Part shown: positions 31,801 to 35,960 of the stretch, piece after piece
Numbering within the stretch: position 1 is the first letter of the stretch
How the letters are laid out: each line of letters begins with the position of its first letter
Notes under the pieces: generated by a model
The model's database searches: none
What the model was told of the DNA's origin: nothing
The model's input: only the letters and a program-made list of their open reading frames with translations
Origin: Candidatus Oxydemutatoraceae bacterium
GTDB lineage: Bacteria > Pseudomonadota > Gammaproteobacteria > Poriferisulfidales > Oxydemutatoraceae
NCBI GenBank assembly: GCA_965218975.1
Contig: OZ244717.1
Span: forward strand, 704,001-768,000
Reading direction: 5' to 3'
Length of the DNA stretch: 64,000 nt
Position numbers and translations under genes: made by a program

Positions 31801-34387
31801 GACGATTCAGATTGTCAATGACATCGTTTTTGAGTTAGATGACGAGATCTTTTCGGTGGTGATTAACGATGTAACGGCGGCGGCTTCCAGCGACACGGTC
31901 GTGATTGATCAAGACGAAGCGACGGTTACCATCGTTGATGACGGCGGCACACCGATTTGGGTATTGGACCGGTTGCCGAGTTCTGTCGGTGAAAGCACGG
32001 GCACTGTGTCGATTGAGATGGAGAACATGAATGTTCATCCTGTTAGTCGCGGGTATTCGCTGACGCTTGAGCTGGGAGGGACGGCGACGTTCGGCGGCGA
32101 CTACGTCATCACGGATATAGACGGCAATCCGTTGGCGTCGCCGCCTACATTTGATGTAGCGCAAGACCAAACAATGCTTGAAGCCCGCCTGATAATAACG
32201 GACGATCGGGTGTTTGAGGGTGAGGAGACGATTGAGATACGCTTGAGCACGACCGAGCCGAAGATCCTGATAGACGACGCTACGACGCAGACGATCACAC
32301 TCATCGACAACGATGCGGCGCCGGTATTGTTTCTGTCGGTGAGCACGACTGCCATTGACGAAGGCGAATCAATTGATATTACGCTAGAGATCACGAACGA
32401 ATCGGTATTTGCTGAGGATCAAACGATTGCGTTAGAGTTTACCGGCGATGCGATGCCTGGAGACGACTATACGGTATCGGTCGACGGTTCGCCGCTGTTA
32501 CCGCCGTATGAGTTGACTTTAACGGCGGGAGAATCTGCGCTAAGCGTAACGATCATGGCGCTAATAGACGACATGACGACCGATATGGCGACCGAGGCGG
32601 ATGAAGCGATCGAGATAACCGCATTGCATGGCGCCGATACAATCGGTAAAAAAACGCTCACGATCATCAGCGACGTCAGTCCGGTTGAACGCATTGCGGA
32701 TTTGACGCCGGCAGTCCTCGGAAATTTCACTCCGGGCGCAGTGATTCCGTCCGAAATCGGGCGCTATATCGTCATTCCGGGCCAGCGTAACGACGGCGCG
32801 AGCATTGATGCGACTGCTTTGTTGGTCAGATTTAATCCTTCGTTGCGTGCTTGTATTGTCAATGATTCTGTGGCGAGCGAACCGTCGTATCAATTCGACT
32901 GCGATGTTTTGTCCGGGCCGTTGGCGGAAGACTCGACAGTTCAGGCGCCGGTATTCGGCAGCGTGTTGTATTGGGCCGATGTCAGAGACGACAAGGGCCT
33001 GATTGTTCGGGCAACAAGCCAAAAGATTTATGTCGCGCCGCTGCTCGGATTCGCTTCCGGCTTGCAAGCGATTGCGTCTGATACCGCGTCGGCGGACGTG
33101 CTGTTATTAACGTCGGACGATGCCGATGTGCCGAGCTCAATCAATCTTGATTTTGAAGCGGGGGTTAGTCCGAGCGTTCCTTTTGAAGACGGGCGCGGCA
33201 CAGTAAGCATCAACGCGTTGTCAGCAGGAGATATTCTTCGGCTTACGGCAATCAACGGAGTTGCTTTTAGCGGCGCCGATTCTGATTTGAACGCGGTCAC
33301 CGAAGCGATGCTCGCCATGCACGAGCTATTTGCGTTGGGCAACAATGCGCTGAGATTGATTGAGGCAAAAGAGGCGGGTATCAATCCGATTGAGTCTGTG
33401 GACCCGGGACTGTCGGCGGAGTTGATTGTGTTTGATCAAGTGACGACGATTACGCTGACGAACGATTATATGGTTGATGTGTTCGTATATAGCACAGCGA
33501 CGGCGATGTTTGAGTTGGCGGGCATGTCCGAAGATGCGGTAAGAGAATTGATCATCGACTTGAGCGACAATGAGCTTAAGGCTATTGACCGTGAAGGTGA
33601 AGAGTGGGTCATTTCGCTTGAAGATGCGGATTTCAGCCCGTACATTTTTCAAGTGATGATGTCGACGAATCAGGAAGTGACGGCAAGTATTCATGCGCTC
33701 GGCGATGTTGCGGATGAATTAGGCATGATTGATGCCGACTTGACGCTGGCAACGACGGGGACATTGCTGACCGGCTTTTACGCTTACAAGCAAGCGGATG
33801 AAGCGAGCGTCGGCGTAGCGCGTATCACAAGCAACGCGATTTTGAATCTTCCGCCGTTACCGGACGGTCGCGAAGTTGCGGAGGTAGAGAGCGGCGTATT
33901 TGATTTCATCGCTGCCGATTTGACCGGCGGTGTTGCGACGGTCGTGGTTGAATTGTCCGCGGCGGCGCAGGAAGGGTCGCGTTACTACAAGTATCAACCG
34001 GATGACGGCTGGACAGAATTCAACACGAGTAGCAACGATAGGATTTACAGTGCACCGGCGCCGTGTCCGAGTGCGCAAGCCAGCCGCGAGCCGGATGCGG
34101 GCGGCGGTCTGAGTGACTATGCGTGGCGTTTGGTCTCCGACGGCGTTCGCGCAGACGATGAGTGTTTGCTGCTGGAAATTGAGGACGGTTCGGTCAATGA
34201 CTCCGACGGGAGAGTCAACGGGATTATCTTTGATCCGGGCGCGTTGGTGCAGTTTGTCGCAAGAGTCGGTGGCGGCGGCGGCGGTGCGGTCGGCTTGTGG
34301 TGGCTGCTTCTGTTCGTCGGTATCATTTTGGCGGCGATGGTCTTGAAACGCCGGAATGCAAGACCGACGCGGCGGATTTCACCTTAA
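10859..34387 (+). CDS. Giant surface adhesin-like protein (7,842 aa): unknown Cys domain x3, FN3, four LRR blocks, PKD-like, two propellers, Calx-beta, 12 cadherin/Calx-like units, choice-of-anchor U-like domain, GlyGly-CTERM-like tail
   Basis: Uninterrupted ORF; signal peptide ending LQA-Q; NQLSSLPAGVFDDL repeats; YTFQVRAVN FN3; PDYENP/APVF cadherin; EIEDG..ND.DG..NG.I.DPG then GGGGG-TM-KRR. Confidence 0.88.
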   Translation: MLRNIALMQVVLLDKNSKILLLGVLSGLFLAGTRLQAQETSDTLTIMTMSVDPALNAFEESVTVKEHQPFLVFTTYTAQRLATESMNLSLEVTREDSTVLPAGDLPDDGLRKTLTVTTGTTTQSFLQLGFAPDLDENADYQYRYCAANGTCSSTLTVSYLTAEAPTTDVTAISPRWKDVLSDQSVITGDCFIGSNVETVANLTQENNTVRFGRIARVDNMLPPRGGVSGLMYSFGFLEDDFSDGTYGEIASGSFDASKQELALSAKWWWTNGSDSAEPTCSGSYTRTLTPLPATVPETATTPSAPLDVQVQVPEEPFRVVTWSVPDNDGGAPITAYRIYWRKTDEQQEQSEVVFTNIHSFLIEIDPDAGYVFAVTAWNELGEGERSAAVSPPASPISLTATPGNEGVGLEWAPPGDIGGSAITHYQYRQRAGSEDFGQWINIPDSDDADSNAGNETRSTVTSLTNGIAYTFQVRAVNVAGAGEATDEVTTIAGEVGICDRTPQVQEAILNALPSVTDCTVVAHINLNSLTGELDLIGKGITALKVGDFVGLATLTTLGLGANQLTSLPAGVFDDLISLTTLGLGTNQLTSLPPRIFNDLSSLTTLDLGSNQLTSLPPRVFDDLSSLTELDLGSNQLTSLPPRIFDDLSSLTELDLGSNQLSSLPASVFDDLGFLIMLDLGSNQLSSLPAGVFDDLGFLIMLGLGSNQLSSLPVGIFDDLGSLRTLFLDRNKLSSLPAGIFDSLSSLEILILNVNALTEMGLPDSIFERLTSLIIISFFSNPGSDSFVPSADAGSNRTVDVGEVVMLDATATDAGPFGSNVSFAWLQDESDSVSVTLTATATVMPTFTVPAGTPDGTMFRFDLEVIGGNKFGTLDDSFRQGLTDRDSVRVTVRIPPGAPTSLTATPGNGQVELGWVPGDVGGSAITHYQYRQRAAGEGFGAWTNISDSDDAGSNAGNETRSIVTSLTNGVAYTFQVRAVNAAGAGEATNRVTAIAGTGFGICARTPVVQGRILRRLSSRTDCAAVTEADLNSLAGELDLSERRITGLRVGDFNDLGSLTTLDLQDNQLSSLPAGIFDDLGSLITLDLEFNQLSSLPAGVFDSLNSLETLNLRVNALRKAGLPDDIFDNLGSLTELDFGFNQLSSLPVDIFDFLSSLKTLKLNSNRLTERGLPDGIFDNLGSLTTLDLGFNRFPSLPASIFDDLAALTTLDLAANQLSSLPEDIFDDLDSLTTLDLEDNRLSSLPAGIFDDLSSLRMLFLTRNGLSSLPDGIFERLTSLEEITLGRNPGSDSFIPSADAGFDRLAGAGEVVMLDATATDGGPFGSNLSFAWSQNESDSTPVTLTGADTATPTFTVPADVPDGTVFRFNLTVTGGNKFGTLNDSSRRNLTDRDSVRVTVMTPPGALTSLTATPGNGQVELEWVPGGAGGSAITRYEYRQRSAGEDFGAWINIPDGDDVDSAADNETYFTITGLTNGIAYTFQVRAVNAAGAGAALSTVSVTLPKIGQEASDIAVLTASSNLALDTRDITVSEHQPFLVFTTYTTQRPSTESMNLSLEVTREDSTVLSAGDLPDDGLRKTLLVTTGTTTQSFLQLGFAPDLDENADYQYRYCAANGTCSSTLTVSYLTAEAPTTDVTAISPRWKDALSDQSVITGNCSAGLNVETVANLTQENNTVRFGDIAPADNVLPPRGGVSGLMYSFGFLNDDFSGGTYGEIASGNFDASKQELVLSAKWWWTNGSDSAEPTCSGSYTSTLTPLPTTVPETATTPSAPLNLQVQVFEEFPGVLITWSAPDDGGAPITDYRVYWRRTDEQQEQSKTVFPSNNQYFLAGIDPDADYAFAVTAWNELGEGERSTIDTLTIMTTSVDPALNAFEESVTVKEHQPFLVFTTYTAQRLATESMNLSLEVTREDSTVLPAGDLPDDGLRKTLTVTTGTTTQSFLQLGFAPDLDENADYQYRYCAASGTCSSTLTVSYLTAEAPTTDVTAISPRWKDVLSDQSVITGDCFIGSNVETVANLTQENNTVRFGRIARVDNMLPPRGGVSGLMYSFGFLADDFSDGTYGEIASGSFDASKQELALSAKWWWTNGSDSAEPTCSGSYTRTLTPLPATVPETATTPSAPLDVQVQVPEEPFRVVTWSVPDNDGGAPITAYRIYWRKTDEQQEQSEVVFTNIHSFLIEIDPDAGYVFAVTAWNELGEGERSAAVSPPASPISLTATPGNEEVGLEWAPPGDIGGSAITHYQYRQRAGSEDFGQWINIPDSDDADSNAGNETRSTVTSLTNGIAYTFQVRAVNVAGAGEATDEVTTIAGEVGICDRTPQVQEAILNALPSVTDCTVVAHINLNSLTGELDLIGKGITALKVGDFVGLATLTTLGLGANQLTSLPAGVFDDLISLTTLGLGANQLTSLPAGVFDDLISLTTLGLGTNQLTSLPPRIFNDLSSLTTLDLGSNQLTSLPPRVFDDLSSLTELDLGSNQLTSLPPRIFDDLSSLTELDLGSNQLSSLPASVFDDLGFLIMLDLGSNQLSSLPAGVFDDLGFLIMLGLGSNQLSSLPVGIFDDLGSLRTLFLDRNKLSSLPAGIFDSLSSLEILILNVNALTEMGLPDSIFERLTSLIIISFFSNPGSDSFVPSADAGSDRTVDVGEVVMLDATATDAGPFGSNVSFAWLQDESDSVSVTLTATATVMPTFTVPAGTPDGTMFRFDLEVIGGNKFGTLDDSFRQGLTDRDSVRVTVRIPPGAPTSLTATPGNGQVELGWVPGDVGGSAITHYQYRQRAAGEGFGAWTNISDSDDAGSNAGNETRSIVTSLTNGVAYTFQVRAVNAAGAGEATNRVTAIAGTGFGICARTPVVQGRILRRLSSRTDCAAVTEADLNSLAGELDLSERRITGLRVGDFNDLGSLTTLDLQDNQLSSLPAGIFDDLGSLITLDLEFNQLSSLPAGVFDSLNSLETLNLRVNALRKAGLPDDIFDNLGSLTELDFGFNQLSSLPVDIFDFLSSLKTLKLNSNRLTERGLPDGIFDNLGSLTTLDLGFNQLSNLPAGVFDNLVSLATLDLGFNQLSSLPDGIFDNLGFLKTLDLANTQLSSLSDGIFNNLGSLETLFLGFNQLSSLPDGIFNNLNSLTVLDLGGNQLSNLPAGVFDDLGSLTGLYLDRNELSSLPAGVFDFLSSLERLILNVNALTETGLPDGIFERLISLRVISLLNSPGTDSFIPSADAGFDRTAAASEVVMLDATATDGGPFGSNLSFAWSQNESDSTPVTLTGADTATPTFTVPADVPDGTVFRFNLTVVGGNKFRTLDGSSRRRLTDRDSMKVTAGIPPGVPQNVMLEAGDTTVTVTWAASDLATGSAPDTYRVRWLSENQQIGTATVAAISYQVYGFARHVGSVGPGFNVDEFDPGGLASHGGQLYLIGLSGFYTLDPETGVTVRIGSGRFNIGVGGFDPGGLVSHNGTLYMVGTDGETRLYTLDPGTGTAEQVGAADQFNVGESDPNGLASHNGMLYMVGARNDALYTLNPETGIASQVGPAGFNVGESSPGGLASHNGVLYMVGSNGDALYTLNPRTGIASQVGAADQFNIGESVPSGLTSHNGILYMVGADADTLYQLHSESGRYTIEDLTNDTEYTIEVAAVINAVAATTAAAVTVTPTVPQPPPLPSTPQNVMLEAGNKTITVTWVASDLATGGAPDTYRVRWLSEGQQIGTATTAAISYRIYGFARQVGNVGPGFNVVEFEPTGLASHGDQLYMVGRQREALFTLDPGTGIADQVGPRRFDVGERFPTGLALHNGTLYMLGSNPPSDPSLYTLDPETGIASLVVSVGISYAGGLASHGDQLYMVGGIDLGNPALYTLDPKTGAADQVGTADQFNVNENLPSGLVSHDGTLYMVGAAEYMAGDADRAALYTLDPETGVAEQVGAADRFNVGEGTPSGLASHNGILYMVGSDTDTLYRLHSQSGRYTIMGLINGTEYTIEVAAVNAAGATTAAAVTTTPNVPTFTVSFDPSEYTVSEGAGGDSSGELTLTLKLISAGRPPRGDVTVTVSTRDGSALAVEDYDPPLNNEEVVFSSAAGVTESSQTISIRIVNNIVQEHGDELFDHESFSVVITDVTAAHSDDTVVIGQGEATVAIVNDDPSPIWSLDMLPSTVGEGMDTVVPIVMRRMHHIDRGHPLTLELGGTATFGEDYVITDMQDNPFALPLTFTAPHIVVPDPTYRARLMIMDDLVFEGVETIEIRLTTTHPSVFTDDTSQTITITDNDADAAPVFTSSESFEINEGQTLVGTVAAADANPQDEVTYSVTGGADQDQFTIDSSSGELIFTTAPDYENPADADGDNVYMLTVAASGGTSARALTTTQAITVMVLDVATTITVTAEEPAVTEGEPTVFVFERTDSTDALDLLVNVTVVATDDEMLADAAPSRVTFAAGSATTVLSLATVIDEMIGDRTVMVTVNDGMGYEVGIENSAEVRVINVNVAPVFTSSESFEVNEGQTVVGTVTAADANPQDEVTYSVTGGADEALFTFADSSSGELIFTTAPDYENPADADTDNVYMLIVTAAGGTDARALTTTQAITVTVLDVATTITIAAAEPAVTEGEPAVFVFERTDSTDALALAVNITVDDPDGVLAAAAPEMVTFAAGSATAELSLATDDDTLEEDDSVVTVTIIDGADYRIGIENSTSVRVVDDDVNVAPAFISAASFEVNEGQTVVGTVTAADANIEDEVMYSVTGDGVDDALFAINSSSGELSFVTAPDFENPVDTDEDNNYMLTVTASGGTDARALTTTQAITVAVLDVATTITIMAAEPVVMEGEPAVFTFSRTDATEAPVLAVNITVDDPDGVLAAAAPEMVTFAAGSATAALSLATDDDTLEEDDSTVTVTVVATTDYEVGIENSAEVRVVDNDVNVAPVFTSSASFDVNEGETVVGTVTAEDANIEDEVTYSVTGGADQDQFTIDLSSGELSFATVPDYENPADADTDNVYMLIVTAIGGTDARALTTTQVITVTVLDVPTTITIAAAEPAVTEGEPAVFVFERTDSTEAPVLAVNIIVDDPDGVLAAAAPSRVTFAAGSATTVLSLATVIDEMIGDRTVMVTVNDGMGYEVGIENSASVRVVDDDVNVAPAFTSAASFDVNEGETVVGTVTAEDANPQDEVTYSVTGGADGTLFTIDPSSGELSFATAPDYENPADADTDNVYMLIVTAAGGTDARALTTTQAITVTVLDVATTITITADDAEVTEGEQAMFTLERTDATDAPVLAVNITVDDPGGVLAAAAPEMVTFNAGSATAELSLATDDDTLDEADSVVTVTIIDGVGYRIGIENSASVRVVDNDVNVAPVFSDPVSFEVNEGQTVVGTVTAADANPQDEATYSVTGGADEALFTIDSSSGELIFTTAPDYENPTDADGDNAYMLTVAAIGGTNVRALTTTQAITVTVLDVPTTITITADKAEVTEGEPATFTLERTDATDAPVLAVNITVDDPDGVLAAAAPGMMTFDADSATAMLNLATIDDTLEEDDSVVTVTIIDGADYRIGIENSASVRVVDDDVNVAPAFSDPVSFEVDEGQTVVGTVTAEDANMGDEVTYSVTGGADGTLFTIDPSSGELSFATAPDYENPVDADTDNVYMLIVTAIGGTGVRALTTTQAITVMVLDVATTITVTAEEPAVTEGEPAVFVFERTDSTDALALTVNITVDDPGGVLADAAPGMVTFDAGSATAVLSLATIDDTLEEADSVVTVTIIDGVGYRIGIENSASVRVVDDDVNVAPAFTSAASFDVNEGETVVGTVTAEDANPQDEVTYSVTGGADGTLFTIDPSSGELSFAAAPDFENPTDADGDNAYMLTVAAIGGTNVRALTTTQAITVTVLDVPTTITITADKAEVTEGEPATFTLERTDSMDASTLTVNITVDDPDGVLAAAAPEMVTFAAGSATAELSLATDDDMLEEDDSVVTVTVIGGAGYRIGIENSASVRVVDDDVNVAPAFTSAASFDVNEGETVVGTVTAEDANPQDEVTYSVTGGADDALFDIDSSLGELIFTTAPDYENPTDADTDNVYMLIVTVAGGTDARALTTTQAITVTVLDVATTITITADDAEVTEGKPVMFTFERTDSTDAPALTVNITVDDPGGVLADAAPGMVTFAVGSARTVLSLATIDEMIGDRTVMVTVNDGMGYEVGIENSAEVRVIDVNVAPVFSDAVSFDVNEGETVVGTVTAEDANIEDEVTYSITGGTDGALFTIDPSSGELSFATAPDYENPADADTDNVYMLIVTAAGGTDARALTTTQAITVTVLDVATTITITADDAEVTEGEQAMFTLERTDSTDALALTVNITVVATDDEVLADAAPGMVTFDAGSARTVLSLATIDDTLEEDDSTVTVTVVDSTDYEVGIENSASVRVVDDDVNVAPAFTSAASFDVNEGETVVGTVTAEDANPQDEVTYSVTGDGADDALFAIDSSSGELSFATVPDYENPADADTDNVYMLIVTAAGGTDARALTTTQAITVTVLDVATTITIAADDAEVTEGEPVMFTFERTDSTDALALTVNIMVDDPDGVLADAAPGMVTFDAGSARTVLSLATIDDTLEEDDSVVTVTIIDGAGYRIGIENSASVHVVDDDVNVAPAFTSAASFDVNEGETVVGTVTAEDANPQDEVTYSVTGGAGTLFTIDSSSGELSFATAPDYENPADADTDNVYMLIVTVAGGTDARALTTTQAITVTVLDVATTITITADDAEVTEGEPVMFTFERTDSTDAPTLTVNITIDATDEVLADAAPGMVTFDAGSARTVLSLATIDDTLEEDDSTVTVTVVATTDYEVGIESSAEVRVVDNDAVPGAPMNLTAGAGNTRVALSWEAPADPGTAPIERYEYRASNDAGTIGDQEWNAAGDATGEVRTQIVSSLSNDTEYTFEVRAVSAAGNGAAAQIMATPSSETAVFTLTFDPSEYTFTESAERVTLTLRLIGEGRALQDDVTVTVSTRDGSAVTPQDYVAIENATVVFEPEEGVTELTQTVTIQIVNDIVFELDDEIFSVVINDVTAAASSDTVVIDQDEATVTIVDDGGTPIWVLDRLPSSVGESTGTVSIEMENMNVHPVSRGYSLTLELGGTATFGGDYVITDIDGNPLASPPTFDVAQDQTMLEARLIITDDRVFEGEETIEIRLSTTEPKILIDDATTQTITLIDNDAAPVLFLSVSTTAIDEGESIDITLEITNESVFAEDQTIALEFTGDAMPGDDYTVSVDGSPLLPPYELTLTAGESALSVTIMALIDDMTTDMATEADEAIEITALHGADTIGKKTLTIISDVSPVERIADLTPAVLGNFTPGAVIPSEIGRYIVIPGQRNDGASIDATALLVRFNPSLRACIVNDSVASEPSYQFDCDVLSGPLAEDSTVQAPVFGSVLYWADVRDDKGLIVRATSQKIYVAPLLGFASGLQAIASDTASADVLLLTSDDADVPSSINLDFEAGVSPSVPFEDGRGTVSINALSAGDILRLTAINGVAFSGADSDLNAVTEAMLAMHELFALGNNALRLIEAKEAGINPIESVDPGLSAELIVFDQVTTITLTNDYMVDVFVYSTATAMFELAGMSEDAVRELIIDLSDNELKAIDREGEEWVISLEDADFSPYIFQVMMSTNQEVTASIHALGDVADELGMIDADLTLATTGTLLTGFYAYKQADEASVGVARITSNAILNLPPLPDGREVAEVESGVFDFIAADLTGGVATVVVELSAAAQEGSRYYKYQPDDGWTEFNTSSNDRIYSAPAPCPSAQASREPDAGGGLSDYAWRLVSDGVRADDECLLLEIEDGSVNDSDGRVNGIIFDPGALVQFVARVGGGGGGAVGLWWLLLFVGIILAAMVLKRRNARPTRRISP
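10981..14426 (+). repeat. Intragenic near-identical duplication, copy 1
   Basis: Matches 16414-19931 (offset 5433, then 5505 after one extra 72-bp LRR). Confidence 0.9.
16414..19931 (+). repeat. Intragenic near-identical duplication, copy 2
   Basis: Matches 10981-14426 with one additional LRR near 17950-18030. Confidence 0.9.
23575..31262 (+). repeat. 12 tandem ~640-bp cadherin + Calx-beta-like units
   Basis: AP(V/A)F...NEG.TVVGTV.A.DAN starts near 23578, 24215, 24860, 25503, 26143, 26785, 27428, 28070, 28712, 29342, 29987, 30632. Confidence 0.88.
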
Positions 34388-34397
34388 AAAATTATAC

Positions 34398-34520
34398 TAA
34401 AAACCCAGTCCTGTTCCCCCATATCGCTATAAAAACAAACTTAAACCGAGTTCATATATTGAACTATAACGTTGTTTCTGTCGGGTGAAAAACATAATAC
34501 CATCTGTATATAGGACTGAT
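34398..34520 (+). repeat. Non-coding 3' segment shared by both giant genes
   Basis: Similar to 50033-50156 (shared cttaaaccgagttcatatattgaa and ttctgtcggg-gaaaaaca). Confidence 0.8.
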
Positions 34521-34613
34521 GACAGTATTATTCCGGTTACACCTTGTTTATAACTTGACTTCGATAAAATCCGATCAGAACTTCGCTATCATTGCTTTTA
34601 ACTTCATAGGTTT

Positions 34614-35002
34614 CTTGACTTCGTAGGTTTTGTCTCGTAAGTGATTGATATTATTGCCTTCAGGATTCTCAAGGGCACTACATACGCGGATACGGTGTTG
34701 TTTGTAGCCCTCCGCGCTCAGCTTCCCCCAGGGCGTGACTTGTCGGGAAGCGGGAACGGAGCTTCGTTCCATTTCAGACCTACGCTACGGTAGATCCTGT
34801 TGGCGTCCGCGCTCGCGCGGCTCGGTATCGCATACCGCTCCTATGTGTCGGTATGTACCAAGATGCTCAACTGCAAGGTGTCCAGCTCGCGCTGGATCCG
34901 CTCCGCGCTCATCGGGAAGCCCAGCGCCTTAAGCCGCCGACACAGCTGCTGCAAGCAGCAGAAGGCCATGTAGCAGATCGCAATGTGTGCGCGGATGCGC
35001 CG
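34614..35002 (-). mobile_element. IS1634-like transposase C-terminal remnant with right end
   Basis: RRIRAHIAICYMAFCCLQQL...MSAERIQREL...LSILVH*ERYAIPS...IYRSVGL, TGA at 34718; tgtagtgcc...aagtcaag end; IHF-like TATCAATCACTTA at 34638-34650. Confidence 0.65.
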
Positions 35003-35267
35003 GATAAAATGCGCCGTGTTCCGCAGCGCACGAATGCAAAAGGGCAAACAAAACGACTGTTCAAGCGCCGTTGCAGGGCACACAAGCCGAAAGACTTCAA
35101 AGCACAGTATCCGGGGCCATTGCATCGCCCTAGATACAATTGTGCGTTATCAGCACGGGATGCGCCGCACCGTCTTAACGGCCATCGATGTCTATACCCG
35201 AATGGCAATAGCAGTGGCAACCAACCGCTGTAACAGCCGCAACGCAGCCGCATTTCTGCGCCTGGCA

Positions 35268-35446
35268 GAATTTCGGCAGCAGTAAAGTCTTTGAGCTGAT
35301 GAAACCATTTTGTGTTTGCTGCCGGATTGTCGGCAAAGTGCCTGTCGTCCATGACGAGACTTGGTTCTGTCAATGAGCGCCAGCCCCGACGTCCTTGTCG
35401 GGTCGTTCGCCGCTGAAAACCGTTCGGTTTTCCGGGCACATCTCAC
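35268..35446 (+). repeat. A'-B insertion 1 within transposase
   Basis: B at 35349-35446; transposase resumes at cctgacggac (LTD). Confidence 0.9.
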
Positions 35447-35653
35447 CCTGACGGACGGCGGTAGTGAGTTTCAAGGACAGTTTGCCCAGCTCATCCGGGA
35501 ATCGCTCGCGATTGAGCAGTGGCTGACCTATCCCAAGTGTCCAAAAATGAACGCGCACATCGAGCGCTTCAACCGCACTGTCCAGGAGGATTGTATTGAT
35601 CATGCAGAAGATCTGCTATTCGCCGATACGGAAGCATTCAATGACCGGTTATG

Positions 35654-35798
35654 GAACCGTTTTGTGTTTGCTGCCGGATTGTCGGCAAAGTGCCTGTCGT
35701 CCATGACGAGACTTGGTTCTGTCAATGAGCGCCAGCCCCGACATCCTTGTCGGATCGTTCGCCGCTGAAAACCGATCGGTTTTCCGGGCGCGTCTCAT
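35654..35798 (+). repeat. A'-B insertion 2 within transposase
   Basis: B at 35701-35798; transposase resumes at cctgcaccgt (LHR). Confidence 0.9.
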
Positions 35799-35932
35799 CC
35801 TGCACCGTCCTCATGCCGGCAACGGACAGAAAGCACCGATCCGAATGTTACTGCCGAACGCTTCTCCCGAAGCGCTTCAAACATCCCATTGCCGGTGGTG
35901 GTATTATATAGCGTGCAGGCTATCAGCTTTAT

Positions 35933-35941
35933 TGCTATAAT
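35933..35941 (+). promoter_or_regulatory. Candidate extended -10 promoter (TGcTATAAT)
   Basis: Perfect TGnTATAAT 20 bp upstream of ATG 35961. Confidence 0.5.
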
Positions 35942-35960
35942 AAAAACAAAAACTATTATT

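Larger units (their letters stand above)
34990..35910 (+). pseudogene. IS481-family DDE transposase pseudogene interrupted twice by A'-B
   Basis: ADAPDKMR..KPKDFKAQYPG / CIALDTI..TAIDVYTR / LTDGGSEF..KMNAHIERFNRTVQE / LHRPHAG; end tcccattgccggtggtggtattatata. Confidence 0.85.
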
